From Lytechinus pictus (lineage: Eukaryota): a stretch of DNA of 64,000 nucleotides. Below, one piece after another: positions 28,401 through 43,400 of this stretch (within the stretch, counting starts at the first letter, position 1; each line of letters opens with the position of its first letter). The position numbers and the translations under genes were made by a program. The notes below the pieces were generated by a model. The model saw nothing but the letters and a program-made list of their open reading frames with translations. It did no database searches and was not told the DNA's origin. The DNA is taken from the NCBI RefSeq assembly GCF_037042905.1, contig NC_087252.1:23934001-23998000 (forward strand), given 5' to 3'.

Positions 28401-31400
28401 TGATACATAAATTGCAAGTAGATTATCTATTGAAATTGGAATATGGTAATACCTTACAGGAACGTTTCCTAAACACCATATTTAAAGTCCTTAAATATAC
28501 AAGCATATAGGAAAATCACAAAATTTGCATTTTATGCAAATTAGCCATAATAAATTACAAATATGGGAAATAATCCAAATATTGGAAATCAAGTGCAGAA
28601 TACAATACGAATTGAACTGAAGCCCATGATAAGTTTTACAAATTTATTTATTTTTTTATTAAAAAAAAAATCGTAAATAAATCTACCTCATTTGCATATA
28701 TATGAGCATCTTTATATGGAAAAAATCCAGAAAATTAGATTTTTCACCCAAAACCAATTATGAAAACATTTCAGTCTAGATCAATATGATGTGATCACTA
28801 AGAATGGCAAATACATTAATAATCAGCTTAATATCTGAAGTGTAATTTACATATTATGCAAATAAGAATCCGACATAAATATTCAAGGAAAGACATACGT
28901 GATACTTTCCTCTAAATTCCATGTAGATTATGTGTACTAACCATGATGACCTTCCCTACACTTCTTGCTTGGTTGATATTGACTATTGTCACGAGCAGTT
29001 ACCCCACTCATATCGTACAATGATGAGTCCATTCTACATGGATCCCACTGCTTAAATGCTTCATTATTTCCATCCAAGTCTTGCTCTCTTTTTGACGTTG
29101 TAGAGACTTTGCGTTTCGTGTGAGTATAGTCCACGCTTGCAAGCTCCTGGATTGCCAAGTGATCAGCACAAGATGTCACACCCGTACAAATAAAAGCCCA
29201 TTAGCTTCGAATATTTTGGTCCTTGTAGCACACCACTTAGCTTATAAACTTGGGGTCCTTGTATTTAAAGCGCTTAACGATAAATCTCCACCCTACATAT
29301 CAGAACTCTTATCTCAGCATAGACCAACACACAGTCTCAGATCAGCAGATCAAGCATTGCTGAGGGAATCTCTCAGCCACACAACCTGGGGTGACAGAGC
29401 CTTCTACATCTCTGGACCAAAGCTGTGGAATAGCCTTCCCCAATTTATCAGGGGAGCAGAGACCCAATCAACTTTTGAGTCTTACCTGAAGACCTTTCTG
29501 TTCCCCACTCCAACTTTATCCCAAGAATAACTCAATTGTAGCATTACTAGGACAGTACTTGAACTAAATGATGATCCTAAGCACTGTTTAAAGACATTGA
29601 AATTTGTGAGATATTTCCTATTTTTGAGCAAGCGCCATGAGCGCCCAGCTGAGGCGAATACCGGCGCTTTACAAGAACCCATCATCATCATCATCATCAC
29701 TTGTCTTGGTGGTGAATATGAGTACTTGCTTGGATCACAAGATCTCTGGGCATGCTTAATAAGAGTAACAATGGGCATTTGCCTATACGAGTGACATGAA
29801 AGCCATTCATAAATTCATGATGAAGGCTTAAAGTGCATTATAGGCATCTTTCTCAGATACAGGAATCGTGATTAGACGTTCTTGCTGAATCCAGTTGCTG
29901 CTTCATGATGAAGCATCCATTTTCTTTTCTTTCCTCTTTGATAAATCTCCTATGGCAACCATCTCCAAATATTAAAGCTATAGTTTCTATGTAAGTCGTA
30001 TGCAAATAATAATATTAATTTCCTGATATTTATGGTAAACAGAAATTCCTCAGTGAGACAATGAACAAACCAGATTGAGGACTATAAGCCAAATTATTGC
30101 CTTTCCAACAAGAGGACACAACATAATGGAACACCCTTAACATCACCATCAAATACCATCCAACATTGATTAGACAGTGTGTACCACTTCCAGGATTTAT
30201 TTGCCACAATGTGCTACTCATGGGTATACTGTGAGGTTATCCAGATGAATAAACCTTTTAGTAATTATGGTACGACTAAGGATGTTCTTCTGGAGGAATG
30301 CTGACTATAATAGTGTCATGCAGATGTACCTTGGACAATCATACAACTCTCTGTACTGAAATCCGACAAGTCGAGCATAGGAGACTGAATGCCAATCAAG
30401 AGGACTTTAACAAGAACACATTGTTAACCATGTCTTCTTCCGACACAAGTTGCCTCAATTAGACAATGGACATAAGTTGTGTCGGAAGATGTCAAGAGTT
30501 TTAGAAAAAGGCTAGGAAGGCTTGCACATTTAAGAGCTCCAAAAGCATCAGTAAGGTAAAGCTCAGAATTGCTACAATGCATTGAAGAGGACCATAAGAG
30601 GGTTTGTACTTTGTAGACAAGCCTATAAGACATAATATGTTGACCGGATTGACAATGATCCAGGCTGTAACAAGTAACATGTTGGGAACCCTTAATATCA
30701 ATAGCTATGACTACATTGGAATAGCATTATTAAAGGAAGGCAAATATTTTTAGTCTCAGTATTCACCACTGATGATGATGATAATGACGCTGATCTACAA
30801 GTCCTGGGACCCAGTCCTGACCCAGATATGGCCAAATAACATATTGTTTAGTCAAGCAGGTGTAGCCAGACTACTGAAGAAATTGTTAAAGAAAACAACC
30901 TGCATGAAGCTACTAGGCCAGACGGAATCTCTGCTTCACTTCTTAATGAGACTTCTCATCAGATCTTACCTGCCATAAGTTTGCTTTTCCTGGCCTCCCT
31001 TTATCATGTTTATACGGTGAAATTTCAAGAAAGTTTAAGTCGTTCCCATCCATATAAAAAAGGGTTGTCAACTCTAACAAACTACACACCAATTCAAATA
31101 CTGTGCTTTGTTCTTGCCAATCCCATCATCTTGTCAGACTAACAACGCGGCTTAGGAAGCGAAGAACATATTTCCAGTATTTTTCCTTGAATATAAATCA
31201 TATAAGGATAGATTTGAATGCTTATTGATAGCAGTATTTTAATTTGAAAAACTGAAACGTTTTCACTGCAGTCAATGTGATAAAAATTTCTTGACATTTT
31301 CCATATAAGGATACTTATTTGCATAATATGCAAATGAGGCAGATTTGCTAGCTTTTTTGAATAAAGACATTGAACTTATTTATTCATCATGAACTTTTGT

Positions 31401-34400
31401 TCAAACTTACTTGCTGTGGACATTTAATTTGTAATCTTTGGATTAATTTCCTCATTTTCTTTTTTTAATGGCTAATTTGCATAATATGCAAATTAATTTT
31501 CAGGCATTGGGATGAATTCTCATGCTTAGTGATATAGTAGCATATTAATGTCAACATTAATGGAATGTTTTCAAGCAGTCTATATGAGAAAAATCACAAT
31601 ATTTTGACATTTTTTTTTCCATAAAAGGATGCTTATTTGCATAATATGCAAATTTCATAAATTTCCACTGCTTGGATTTCTTGGGACTTTTAGTATGTTG
31701 TTTAGGGGACCTTCCTGGAAAGCATTTCAGTGGAATATCTCGTGTTGCAATTAGTGGTGGGTTACCCCCCTATTCTGGCTAGATGTTATGTTATGTTATG
31801 TTATATCGAGGTTTTTTACCTGACTGCTAAGAAAGCACGAATGCCTGTGAGCAAGCAACCAGGGGACCGACAGCTTAAGGTCCTCTCCGAGGGACCTGGT
31901 AATGAGGATAAATGCCTTACCAAAGGGCACTAGCGCACCACTTGGGAATCGAACCCGGGTCACCGGAATCCGAAACCCCCGCTCTACCGACTGAGCTATT
32001 GACTGGACTAATAGACCAGTTCGTAGTTACTTCATGGACAATTTGGGTCAAATGACCTTTCATTTCTTTCATTGTGATAGGCAGATTTCAAAGCAAGATA
32101 TTACGTAAGCATGCCTTACATAGCAGGATGAAGAAATTGAATAGAACAGGTGACTAGAATAGCACATCAATGAACACTATTTGTTGCATTTTTACTTTGA
32201 ATGCATATATGAGCATTATGTACAATGCAGTTGGCAAACTGAAATACCAGTCGTACATGGACACATTGTTGGTTTTTGTGGATGTAAATGAAAAACACAA
32301 AATTCAAAAGAATATATGAATAATCAGACATCAAAGTTGGTGCTTATCCCATTAAATTTTAAACCACCATGTCACTTTAGTACAAATGACCTTCCTCCCT
32401 GATCATTCACAGAATCTTCTGATCATGCACAGAGTGGAACTATGAACTGGCTTATAGATTCAACATGATCAGGAAGACCATATCAGGATCTAACTATTAC
32501 ATCATACCTGCTGCAAGTGAAGGGACAATGTTTCCATCTGGCCCAATCCAAGCCGGCTGAGGATAAGACAATCTATCTGACAGGACTTGACACATTATCA
32601 TGAGCTCATCGCCAATTAGCGGCCTCCGATCAAAGTCTGTAGTGATGGTTATGTTATACTCTGTGGCAACTGAACCAAGAAAATTGACAAGGGTGAGAAT
32701 TTTACATTAGTTAAACTGTTTAGGTTCAGATACTGCAGTACAGTATTATAAAGTTTGAATGAGTACATTACACTGAGTAGCATCCAAAATGTCATGCATT
32801 TTTTATTGTTTACCTCATTGAATAACAGGGAGGGGCATTTTCCCAAAATAAATTTTTTGTCATGAAGCAGAGATATGGTTTTTAAGATGTTCTTGCTCAA
32901 CTTAAAGTGGAACATATATAATTGCTAAAAGAATAATCATTAGATTAAAATAAGATTTTATAACAAATCTATTGTACAATGTAAAGCCTAAACAAAATTA
33001 TTATCACTCATCACTCAAGCATTCAATCACCCAGATTTTTAAGAAATAGTCTGATCTGCATTTTCATCCATTCATGGCTAAACTTCGCTAGATTGGGACG
33101 ATAATTTCTCATGAGATACAAGATCTCTGATGACTAAAAAGTATACGTCTCGAGAGACATACAATATTGTATGTTGCCTGCATGCAAGATCTGAACAGCG
33201 GCTACCTCTCCTAAGAAGGTAACCCTAAAGGCGGTAAGGATGAGTTATCCTTGACAAGGGGCCCTTGATGTGTACTGACAGCCAGAGCCAGCCAAGCACT
33301 GGACTTGTGTCGTCAGGCAGGGTTGTCACGCCCTGAAGTAGTAGACAAGTCAACTACACACTACCCACCTGATCTGCATAAACATTATGCAATATTGTAT
33401 CTGTATAAAATGGTTGTACTTACTTCTGCTTTCACAGTGTTGTCCTGTAAATCCTGGGAAGCAGTAGCAGATGCTTCTGTCACACGTCCCTCCGTTGAGA
33501 CAGAAAGGAAGGTAACAGACCTCTTGACCAACTACAGGAGAAAAACACATAAAGGATGACTATAAAGCAATGGGTGATTTCAAGTTCAGTGTTCACCTGT
33601 TGGTGTTGGTGTTAGGTCCATTTTTACATGTGCATAGCACCAAACATAAAATGATATTGGTCCTGAAAAGTCACGCACTAAGTATTGAGCCATTGGTATT
33701 GTGACCTGTATAATTTTTTGTAAACTCAGAATAGATTTTGGAGCTAGGAGACACATGCCAAATTGTGCTTCCAACACCAACACCGGACTTGAAATCACCC
33801 AATGGCTCATAACAAAGACAGCTACTGATTGAATGTTTGATTTGAAAGGTTGACTGCACATGATGACTAATGTTATTAAGCACAAAAATTAACCCTACAG
33901 TCAAGCACTAAGCTATGCGCTAAGGGGCCCGGAACTCAAGTTTTAGAAAATTTGTTTTCAAGATCTCTTCGTGCTATTGAGGATAACAATAATAATAATA
34001 ATAATAATTAAAAAAAATAACAATAATGATAATAAGATTTATAATAAAAATAATGATAAAATAACAATTGTATAACAATTTTTGCTAACACAAATGCTGA
34101 AAAGCACACAAGTACACTAATAATAACAAGCAAAAAATATTTTACACAATCAGTAATAATGACCATGAACTTAACTTAATCATTCTTTTTTTTTCAAGTT
34201 TGCCCAAAATAACATGTATATTCATACAAATTGAATTACAATGAAGAATCTGAATCTACAGCATTAGTTACCTCTTATCTCGCAGATCTCCCCATCATAG
34301 CCATACTGGCACAGGCATTCACCTCCAATACATGTTCCTCCATTCAAGCAAGCTGGATAACAGCCTTCATCTATTATAAAGAGACATTTAAAAAAAATGA

Positions 34401-37400
34401 TGAATATAGAAATTAGAGTATTGCATTATTTTAAATATTATGGTACATTATAGAATGTGTTACTCATATTACAGATACTGACATTCATTTTAGTAATTTC
34501 TTTGAAATATCAATGAAATTGTTTGGCGAACTAATTACACCATTCAATGATAGTGGTAGTAGTAGTAGTAGAAATATTACATGTTGTAGTGGTGCTGGTA
34601 CAAGGGCCTGGAACCAGTAAAAGTCAAGGGAATGGTCATAGATGTGAAAGATGACAAGTAAAATTAACCAATAAATGTGATATCGAGGGTGGCAGCGAAA
34701 GGTCTGGGTTTACAGATTTAGATGTAGTTGTAGCTGAAGTACTACTAGCAGTAGAAGTATTCATAGTAGTAGTAGTAGTAATTATTATAATACATGTAGT
34801 AATAGGAAGCTATTCTGACATTACCAATCAATGTGATATTGAGGGTAGCAGAAAGAGGCCTTGCTCTACAGGTATATATTCCTTGATCCGACTCAGTGGC
34901 ACCAAGAATGATCAGTCTGGTAGCGGACAAGGAGATGCTCTCAGAGTAAACCCGACTTATTCCTAAAGAAATTACAGATTATTTTGATAAATTAAAGAGA
35001 GTGTTATGAAGTCAGGACTAAGATACACACACGTATATTCGCTTAAGCACAAGAATGACACTGGACCAGTAATATTAGCATATTCATCACCCTAATTACT
35101 ACATATATCAACTTCATAACACCAAACACCATAGCTATATCACTACCCTCTCCATTACCATTAACACAATTCATACTGACACCAACACCAATCAACACCA
35201 ACATCAAAATCATCAAAGCCGATATCAACATTAATACGGACATCAACACCAACTTCATCAACAATGTCAAATATATCGAGCCAATGGTCATCAACACTGC
35301 AACTAGCTATTCATGCTCTAACAACACCAAAATGAAAACTAACATCATTATCACCAACAAAACCAACACAAGCACAGCTCCATTAACACCAACACCAACA
35401 CAAGCATCACAACTAACATCTTCACCATCAATACATATCTAAGATATATACACTTAAACACCATTACCAAAAGCTTCCATTTAAACAAACATCATCTTGG
35501 AACCCAATATGATACCAATAGTTCCGCTGAGGTGTAAAAAGCCCAATAGAAATAAAACTATTATCATTATTTATAAGCACTAACATCAACACCACCGTAA
35601 GCACCACACCACACAACAATAAGGGCCACCGCAAATCAATTTGCATCCTCACCTGTTCCAATTGTTCGTGAAATAATAGGGCTACCATCGGGATGATACC
35701 AGATAGGGGACGTAGAAGTGTCGGGTCGAGACATTTCGCAGATGAAGATAAGGTCTGCTCCTGGGGTGGGTGGCACAGTGAAATTTGATGTAACAATCAC
35801 GTTGAACCTCGGTCCAGCTGAATAAAAAAAATCGAAAAGATGATAAAAATCGATAGTCTAAATGTATATCCTAAACAGCACTCAACTCTATATTTTCAAA
35901 GTCAATGATCACATTGATAGACCTGCCAACCCGAACTACATGTGGAACATTTCAGCATTCTCCCCAAAAAACACAACACACAAAATTGAAACTTCTGAAA
36001 TCAGTATTTCCCATGAAACCATCATTTTTGAGGCACTAATTGTTGAAAATGGGTACTACTTGGCAGCTTGGCATAGAAACTTGCAATAGAGTACCGAAGT
36101 GTGACGTAACTGTCACAACAACGAACCGGCTGGTTCTAAACAGTCGAAGCTGACGGTCGTCCATACACATTTGTAATTGCAAAAGTTACCATCAATCTGA
36201 GGTTGCAAGCAATGAACTTCCGATAGCAGGCACTTTCTCCAATGAGAAACAGGCTCCGGGTTCATTTGTTTAGAACCATGGCAACTGACGTCATGGCTTC
36301 GGTACTCTATAGCTGAACACAAATAATACTGATTGTATGGTAAAGACAATTAAGGCAGATGTAGATGGAAGGAGTGAAAAAAATGAAGTAAAAGAAAATT
36401 CCCATCCAGGAGCCCATTTTATCAAGAATAGCGACGATGGTAATTTTACCATTGCCATGGTAAGAAGGCTCAGAAGTCAAACATAATCAAAATTGCTATG
36501 GTAATTGCTATGACAGTGTTGCCATAATCATACTTTGAAAATAAAGACCCCAAAACACAGAAGATCTAAAAGTTTCAAAATGTACATATTCTCTCAGATG
36601 TTTCTATACTTTATCTAAGCAGTCCATTTCAGATGATCTTGCATCATTTGATAAGAGAGAATGAATAATGATATGTAGAAATAGGTAATTTTAATTTCAA
36701 TATTTATACATCAAAAATTAAACTTTTCATTCTAAACTCCATAGAAATTTGATAAGTATCATGAGAAATTAATATCTTTAAAATCACCCCTATTTCCTGC
36801 TGAAATTCATGCAAAAATAATGAGATTCACATTTGACTTTCCAAATCTTGCTTCATCTTAGAAATTTTACTCACACTTATTAATAATTTATGGTTTCGTC
36901 CATCAAACAAGAACTACTGCAGTCACATTACCAAAACTGGATCCAAACAGGGCAAAAGTTGTTACATCATTACCAATAGCATACAATCAGTCGGTTTGGG
37001 GATAGCTTTGCTGTTGTGACTGAAGCAGAATGAATACTCACATTGAACAGTGATGTTGATTTCTTTGAAGCTGGTACCAAGGAGACAGAGATACGACCCA
37101 GAATCTACCGGTCTGATATTAGTTAGGACCAGGCGGACCGTGTTATCGCTGATTGCCTCGGTGAAAAAAGTGGAATCTACAAGTATGAAGAAAAGCATGA
37201 TGTGTTAGATTAGAATTATAACAAGAGGTGTTCCACAAAGATTTGAGTGTTACTTTGATGCGAACTTAAATTCCTATTTGCATGCAGTAAAATAGCATCA
37301 CCACATGGTCAAATGATGTTGAAAGGATATGTGATACTGTGCGTTAGTCAATGAGACTGGGCATGGCAGATCATGTGTGCATCAGCATTTAAGCACGACC

Positions 37401-40400
37401 CTAAGTCACACTGTTTGTGAAACCCCCCCCCCCCCCCCCCGATTTCAGTTGTAATTAAGTAATTTATTTATGTGTAATTTCCTTTTGGTATGTTTCCACA
37501 CTATTTCATGAGTATGAACACAGCTTACTATTAGTAATAGTTCTATTATCAAATTCCAAAAAATAGAGATATGTTCCAGACAGGATTAGCTTATGCGAGG
37601 AGTCCACTGGGCCGTCGCCAGTTTGCACCAGTTCGCGCCAATGCAAAGCGGCTGTGGCTCTAGTGTCGCCATAAAGGTGCCTAGTGGCGTGCAGTGGCTC
37701 ATGGTGCCTCCCAACTGGGGCGTGATGACGCGTAGTTGCGCGTAACAGCGAAAATTCAATTTCTGGCGCCGTTATGCACTAGTTTGGAGGCAGTTTGGGC
37801 CACTGCACGCAAATTGGCACCTTTTTGGCGACACGAGGCGCCACAGCCAGTTTGCATTGGCACGAACTGGAGCAAACTGACGACACCCCAATGGATTCCT
37901 AGAATTAGAAAGAGAAGATCAAGATGGTGGATATGAAGAGAAAAAATTGGATAAGAATGATTAGATGATGAAAGATGATCATGAAGAAGATGAAGGAGAA
38001 GAAAAAGAAGAAGATGAAGAAGAGGAAAGGGGAGAAAGGAAGAAGGGGATGATGATGAAGAAGCTGATCAAGAGATGACAATGGAAGAAGCAATGATGAT
38101 GATGATGATGTTGATGGAACAGAAAGTGACAAAGAATAAGAAGGCAAAGAGGAAGATGATGATGAAGAAGAGGAAGAACAAGAACAATACAAAAACAGAG
38201 AAGAAGATTAAGACCGAGAAGAATGAAATATGAAAATAAAAACAACAAGAAGTTGTGGTTCTACTTACTGGGTGACCTTGATTGGATGGCAAACCCTTCA
38301 GGGTGAAGCCATACCGGTGTGACGTCGGCACCCTGAACCTGACAGAGGAAACTCAGATCACTACCAATGGGTATCTCACCACTAGGTGTTGGTATGATGG
38401 TGATGGTATATTCCACTACCACTGAAAAAAGTGTTAATTATTGTGAATTATCATCTATGTTCATAGACCTAGATATCAATATTTATCTTATTGTTCAGTA
38501 TATTTACTAATTTGTTGTTTCGTCTCTCTGTTCCCATTCATTTTTTCCTTCTGTTTTTTTTTCCATGTCACATAGTAAAATGGGATTGGTGTCTTATCAA
38601 TCACATTCATTTTCATCAACCTCTTCCCTACCGGAACAGGGTTGTCAGTGAACAAAGCCTATGCAATGTCCAGAATTCAGTAGTCAAAAGGTTAATACAA
38701 TAATAACATACATCACAATAAAGTTTAAGCAATTCGGGTAGAGTAGTATTACACAATTAAAAAAATAACTATGACAGAGTAACATTTTAGATTCTAAGAA
38801 ATGTGAAATAAATTTACCTGGCTCTTCGCATCGTGGCCCCCTGAATCCTACAAGACATTGGCATTCTCCACCCTCACAAGAGCCTCCATTCAGACAAGGA
38901 TCCAGTAGGCAGTCTGGTACTGTGTACCAATAGAAAATATGTATCAATGGCAATATTAATGATGAGAATAATAAATGCTATTTATAAGTGAAGGGGGAGC
39001 AAACAAACAAAACAAGTGGAATGCCTCTGGCCGTCTCACCTGCATCACGCGATTCAATATAGCAGCAGTGCTGATTTTGAAAACTACTATAACTCGCACA
39101 AGATGTTCAGTGATACTTGGTTACTCTTATTTCCACGTTTTATGAACTAGACCAATACACTTATAGAGATATGATGGCAATTCAACAAATACCCCCAACG
39201 TGGCCAAAGTTCTTTGACCTTACATGACCTTTGACCTTGATCATGTGACCTGAAACTCGCACAGGATGTTCAGTGATACTTGATTACTATTATGTCCAAG
39301 TTTTATGAACTAGACCAACACACTTTCAAATTTATGGCTGTAATTCAACAAATACCCCAATTTGGCCAAAGTTCATTGACCCTAAATGACCTTTGACCTT
39401 GATCATGTGACCTGAAACTTGCACAGGATGTTCAGTAATACTTGATTACTATTATGTCCAAGTTTCATGAATCAGATCCATAAACTTTCAAAGTTATGAT
39501 GGTAATTCAACAGATACCCCCAATTCGGCCAAAGTTCATTGACCCTAAATGACCTTTGACCTTGGTCATGTGATGTGAAACTCATGCAGGATGTTCAGTG
39601 ATACTTGATTAACCTTATGTATAAGTTTCATGAACTAGGTCCATATATTTTCTAAGTTATGATGACATTTCAAAAACTTAACCTTAGGTTAAGATTTTGA
39701 TGTTGATTCCCCCAACATGGTCTAAGTTCATTGACCCTAAATGACCTTTGACCTTGGTCATGTGACATGAAACTCAGGCAGGATGTTCAGTAATACTTGA
39801 TTAACCTTATGGCCAAGTTTCATGAACTAGGTCTATATACTTTCTAAGTTATGCTGTCATTTCAAAAACTTAACCTCAGGTTAAGATTTGGTGTTGACGC
39901 CGCCGCCGCCGTCGGAAAAGCGGCACCTATAGTCTCACTCTGCTATGCAGGTGAGACAAAAATTAAAAAGAATCGTTGAGAAAAATTTGTATAGAGGTAA
40001 GTTTTAAGCTGAATCTTAAATGTTTAAATGTTTCGACACACTTGTGGGAGGGAATTCCATAGCGAGGCACCCGCATAGATGAATGCCCTCCCCCCCCCCC
40101 CACTTTGTTTTACATTTTGGAACTGAAAGGAGCCTGGAGTCACTGGGGTGTAGAAGCCTATATGGTGTGTAGGTGTTAATGAGAACAGTGTTTTACTGTG
40201 GAGCAGAGCCATGAACTGAGTGATATACCAGCAAAAGGATTTTGAATTTGACATGTAAATTGGGCAGTGCCAGAATTAATCTTTTATAATTGGCAATATT
40301 TATTTTCAACCTATTTCAAATAAGTTACTGGCAATACCCTTAGATGGTTTACCTATGGACACATTCAAAAAAATTACTTTACTTACAAGATTGAAGCAAT

Positions 40401-43400
40401 GCCAGAGATAGATTGCAAAAACGTCAATCAAGGGAACAGTATTATTAGAGTTTATTATTATTATAACTATTATTGTCATCATCAATACTTTCATTCCTTA
40501 TGATTATCATGATTTTGCTGATTGTTGTATATTGTTTTGAAACTGTTGAAAAATAAATAAATAAATAAACAATTGCTTTGCTTACCTGTAATGTAGAGGG
40601 TGTATGGAGCTGATTGCAAACCAACATTACAGAAGTAGCTACCTTCATCGGTGGCCTGGACATTATTGATGACAAGACGCATGGTGTTAGAGGAGACCTG
40701 GTCAACATAGATCCGATCGGAGACACCTGAAAAAGAAAAGTAAGGCGAAAGCGATGAAATGTGTAATATTTCTCTGTTGTGTAATTGTTATAATTACCTC
40801 TGCAAGGCTTTTCAAAATGATTTTGTACTAGGAACTAGGAATGGATTTGACCAACATTGCTGCCATACCACCCCCCCCCCCCCGCCACCCTGTTCCCACT
40901 ATCTTATGCAACAATAAAATACAATTGTGCAGTTTTAAATATCCATTTGGACATCCCCACACTAAACTCTTTTATGAAATTATGATACACAATAGATGGT
41001 ACATGTATTATACCATCAGTACCACTTGCAATTTCATTTTATTACAAGTTTTGGTAAACAGTGAGTGATTAGATCTTAATCATTGATGATCATGAGAAAA
41101 GCAAAGAAAACAGTAATAAAATTTGAAAAGGGAATATTTCTAATATAAATTGAGTAATTGTTTAGGGTACTGAGGTCCATAGCCGGGAATGTTGTTATCA
41201 AACAGAACTAAAAGAATTCATTTCATTTCCATTTTCAACAATTACAGTTTGTTTTGTACATTTTGACATACAAATAACAAAACATATTTAAAGTATCCCT
41301 GTTCAAAAATTATATTCATGATTATTACATATCAAGTTGGAATTGGAGGAAGCTGCTAAAATAAAAATTATTGCAGTTACATAGCATATAAAAATCAAAT
41401 TCATTGTAACTTTGCAAAATTTAAATTTTTACCAATCAAAGATGAACATTTATATTTATGTATATATCGACAGTAAATTAACTTGGAAAGCCCACATTAA
41501 TCACATTAGTAAAATTATATCCAGAAATACTGGTGTCATCTGCAAACTTAAGTCATCTTTTCCAACCCGTGTCTTGTTATGTTTATACTCCACCCTAATT
41601 TTGCCGTATTTAAATTACGGTATCCTTTCTTGGGGGAACAGTTCAAATCTTCATATCAATAAAATTTTACTTACCCAAAAAAGACTAATAAGAATTATTA
41701 ATAATGCAAGTTACCGGGCTCATTCTATGCCACTCTTTTATTCATGTAATGTTCTACAAATTTATGATCTTTATGCATTTAACCTTGGAATATTTATGTT
41801 TCAACTCTCAAGAAAAGAATTACCTATTACCGTATCTTCTCTATTTAGAAGAAATGACGAGATTCACAGTTATCCTACTCGTCAAAGTCATTATTATCAT
41901 CTTCCACATACTCGTACAGCCTTTTCACATAAAACAATTATTGTCACAGGTCCATTATTTTGGAATGAACTACTAACAGACTTCAAAGATTGCAATTCTA
42001 TATATACTTTTAAACGTAAATTGAAAATTTATATTTTAAACAAATATCTAAATGACAATTCATCGGCTCCCTAGACAAATGTTCCTCTTAACTATTGTTA
42101 GTCCACCTCCCTTTGTATTTTTTTTCTTTTTGTCTCCTTCTTTTTCTCGCTTTTTATTATTTTTTTTCTTCACATATTGATATTAAAACAAGTTGACAAT
42201 TACTTATATTTAATTATTAGGGAAACTATAAATTACAAGCTCTGCTTTTTAAATAGTTTGCCCTTCATATTCTCATCTTATTGATATATCTGTCTCCAAT
42301 CCAAACGTTCAATTGTATAACATTTGTCTGATTTATTATGAATTATGGTGATGTATTGTATTATGTTATTATCAATGATTTACTGTCTTTCGATGGACGT
42401 TACATTGTACAATGTATTTGATATTTTATGAGATATGAAAAATAAATAAACCAAACCAAACATTTGTGAACTTTATTTGACTATCCCCATCTGAGTTTAA
42501 ACATGATTCTTTCTGAAAGGGGCATAATAGCTCTTAGACTCACCAGGTTGCTGCGGTAAGACCTGTTGCCCGTTTGGACCAGTCCAGACTGGATAGTTGA
42601 GAAGATTTGAACCTTGGACTTCACACAAAACGGTTATGTTCAGACCCTCGTAGACAATGCCTTCGTAGTCTGATGTGATGACGATCTGGAACACATTCTC
42701 TGTAGTCACTACGAGACATATTCAAGTATATCAAAGTTCAATTTTTTGTACATTTCCATAAAACCTTTTTTTACAAATTACACGTTAAAGCACATAGAAA
42801 ATCATAGCAAATATAATGTATTTACAAAGGATAAACAAACATAGAGAATACATGTACAAAATACATTACAAAAATGTGGTTGGTTGAGAGAAGTCAATCA
42901 AAAACTTAAAAGATTGACCCTATTGTAAATAAATTTATCATGAATAATAAGAAATATGTTCATTTATAAAGCGCAGTTGAAATATTCATTAACTCTACTG
43001 CACTTGATACCATATTATTACCCGAGCTGCAGTTGAGCCGCCATATAGGAGATAAAGTATTCCAGGAATAAATCCTACCACAACCCATTCACTTCACCTA
43101 CATGTAGGTAAAGTACAGCACAATGTTGATTAATGCCTTGCCAATTGAAATTATTCTATAGCTGGGATTTGAACCCACATTCCTCTGTTTGAAAAGTCTT
43201 AAGTCTTATCCTGTTGGCCACAATGCTCCAAAAGTTTGAAACACAACAAACGAATTCATGAAATTAATTATAAATCATTTTATTATAATTATTGATGTAT
43301 GTTTTTTAAAAAGTTGCAATTCAGCCTTTGGCAATAATGAAATGTTCTCAATAAACCATTTCAATGCAGCAATGTGCAATCATTCTTCATGTACAGTCAC

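Larger units (their letters stand above)
27882..32010. mobile_element. ~4.1-kb composite element with long inverted arms and nested LINE/SINE fragments
   Basis: 27906..28035 is the reverse complement of ~31635..31762; outer tagtccagtcaata/tattgactggacta. Confidence 0.75.

Noticed and set aside
41412..42074. 220-aa ORF as a nested host gene
   Set aside because: It is the C-terminus of a LINE ORF2, 5'-truncated.
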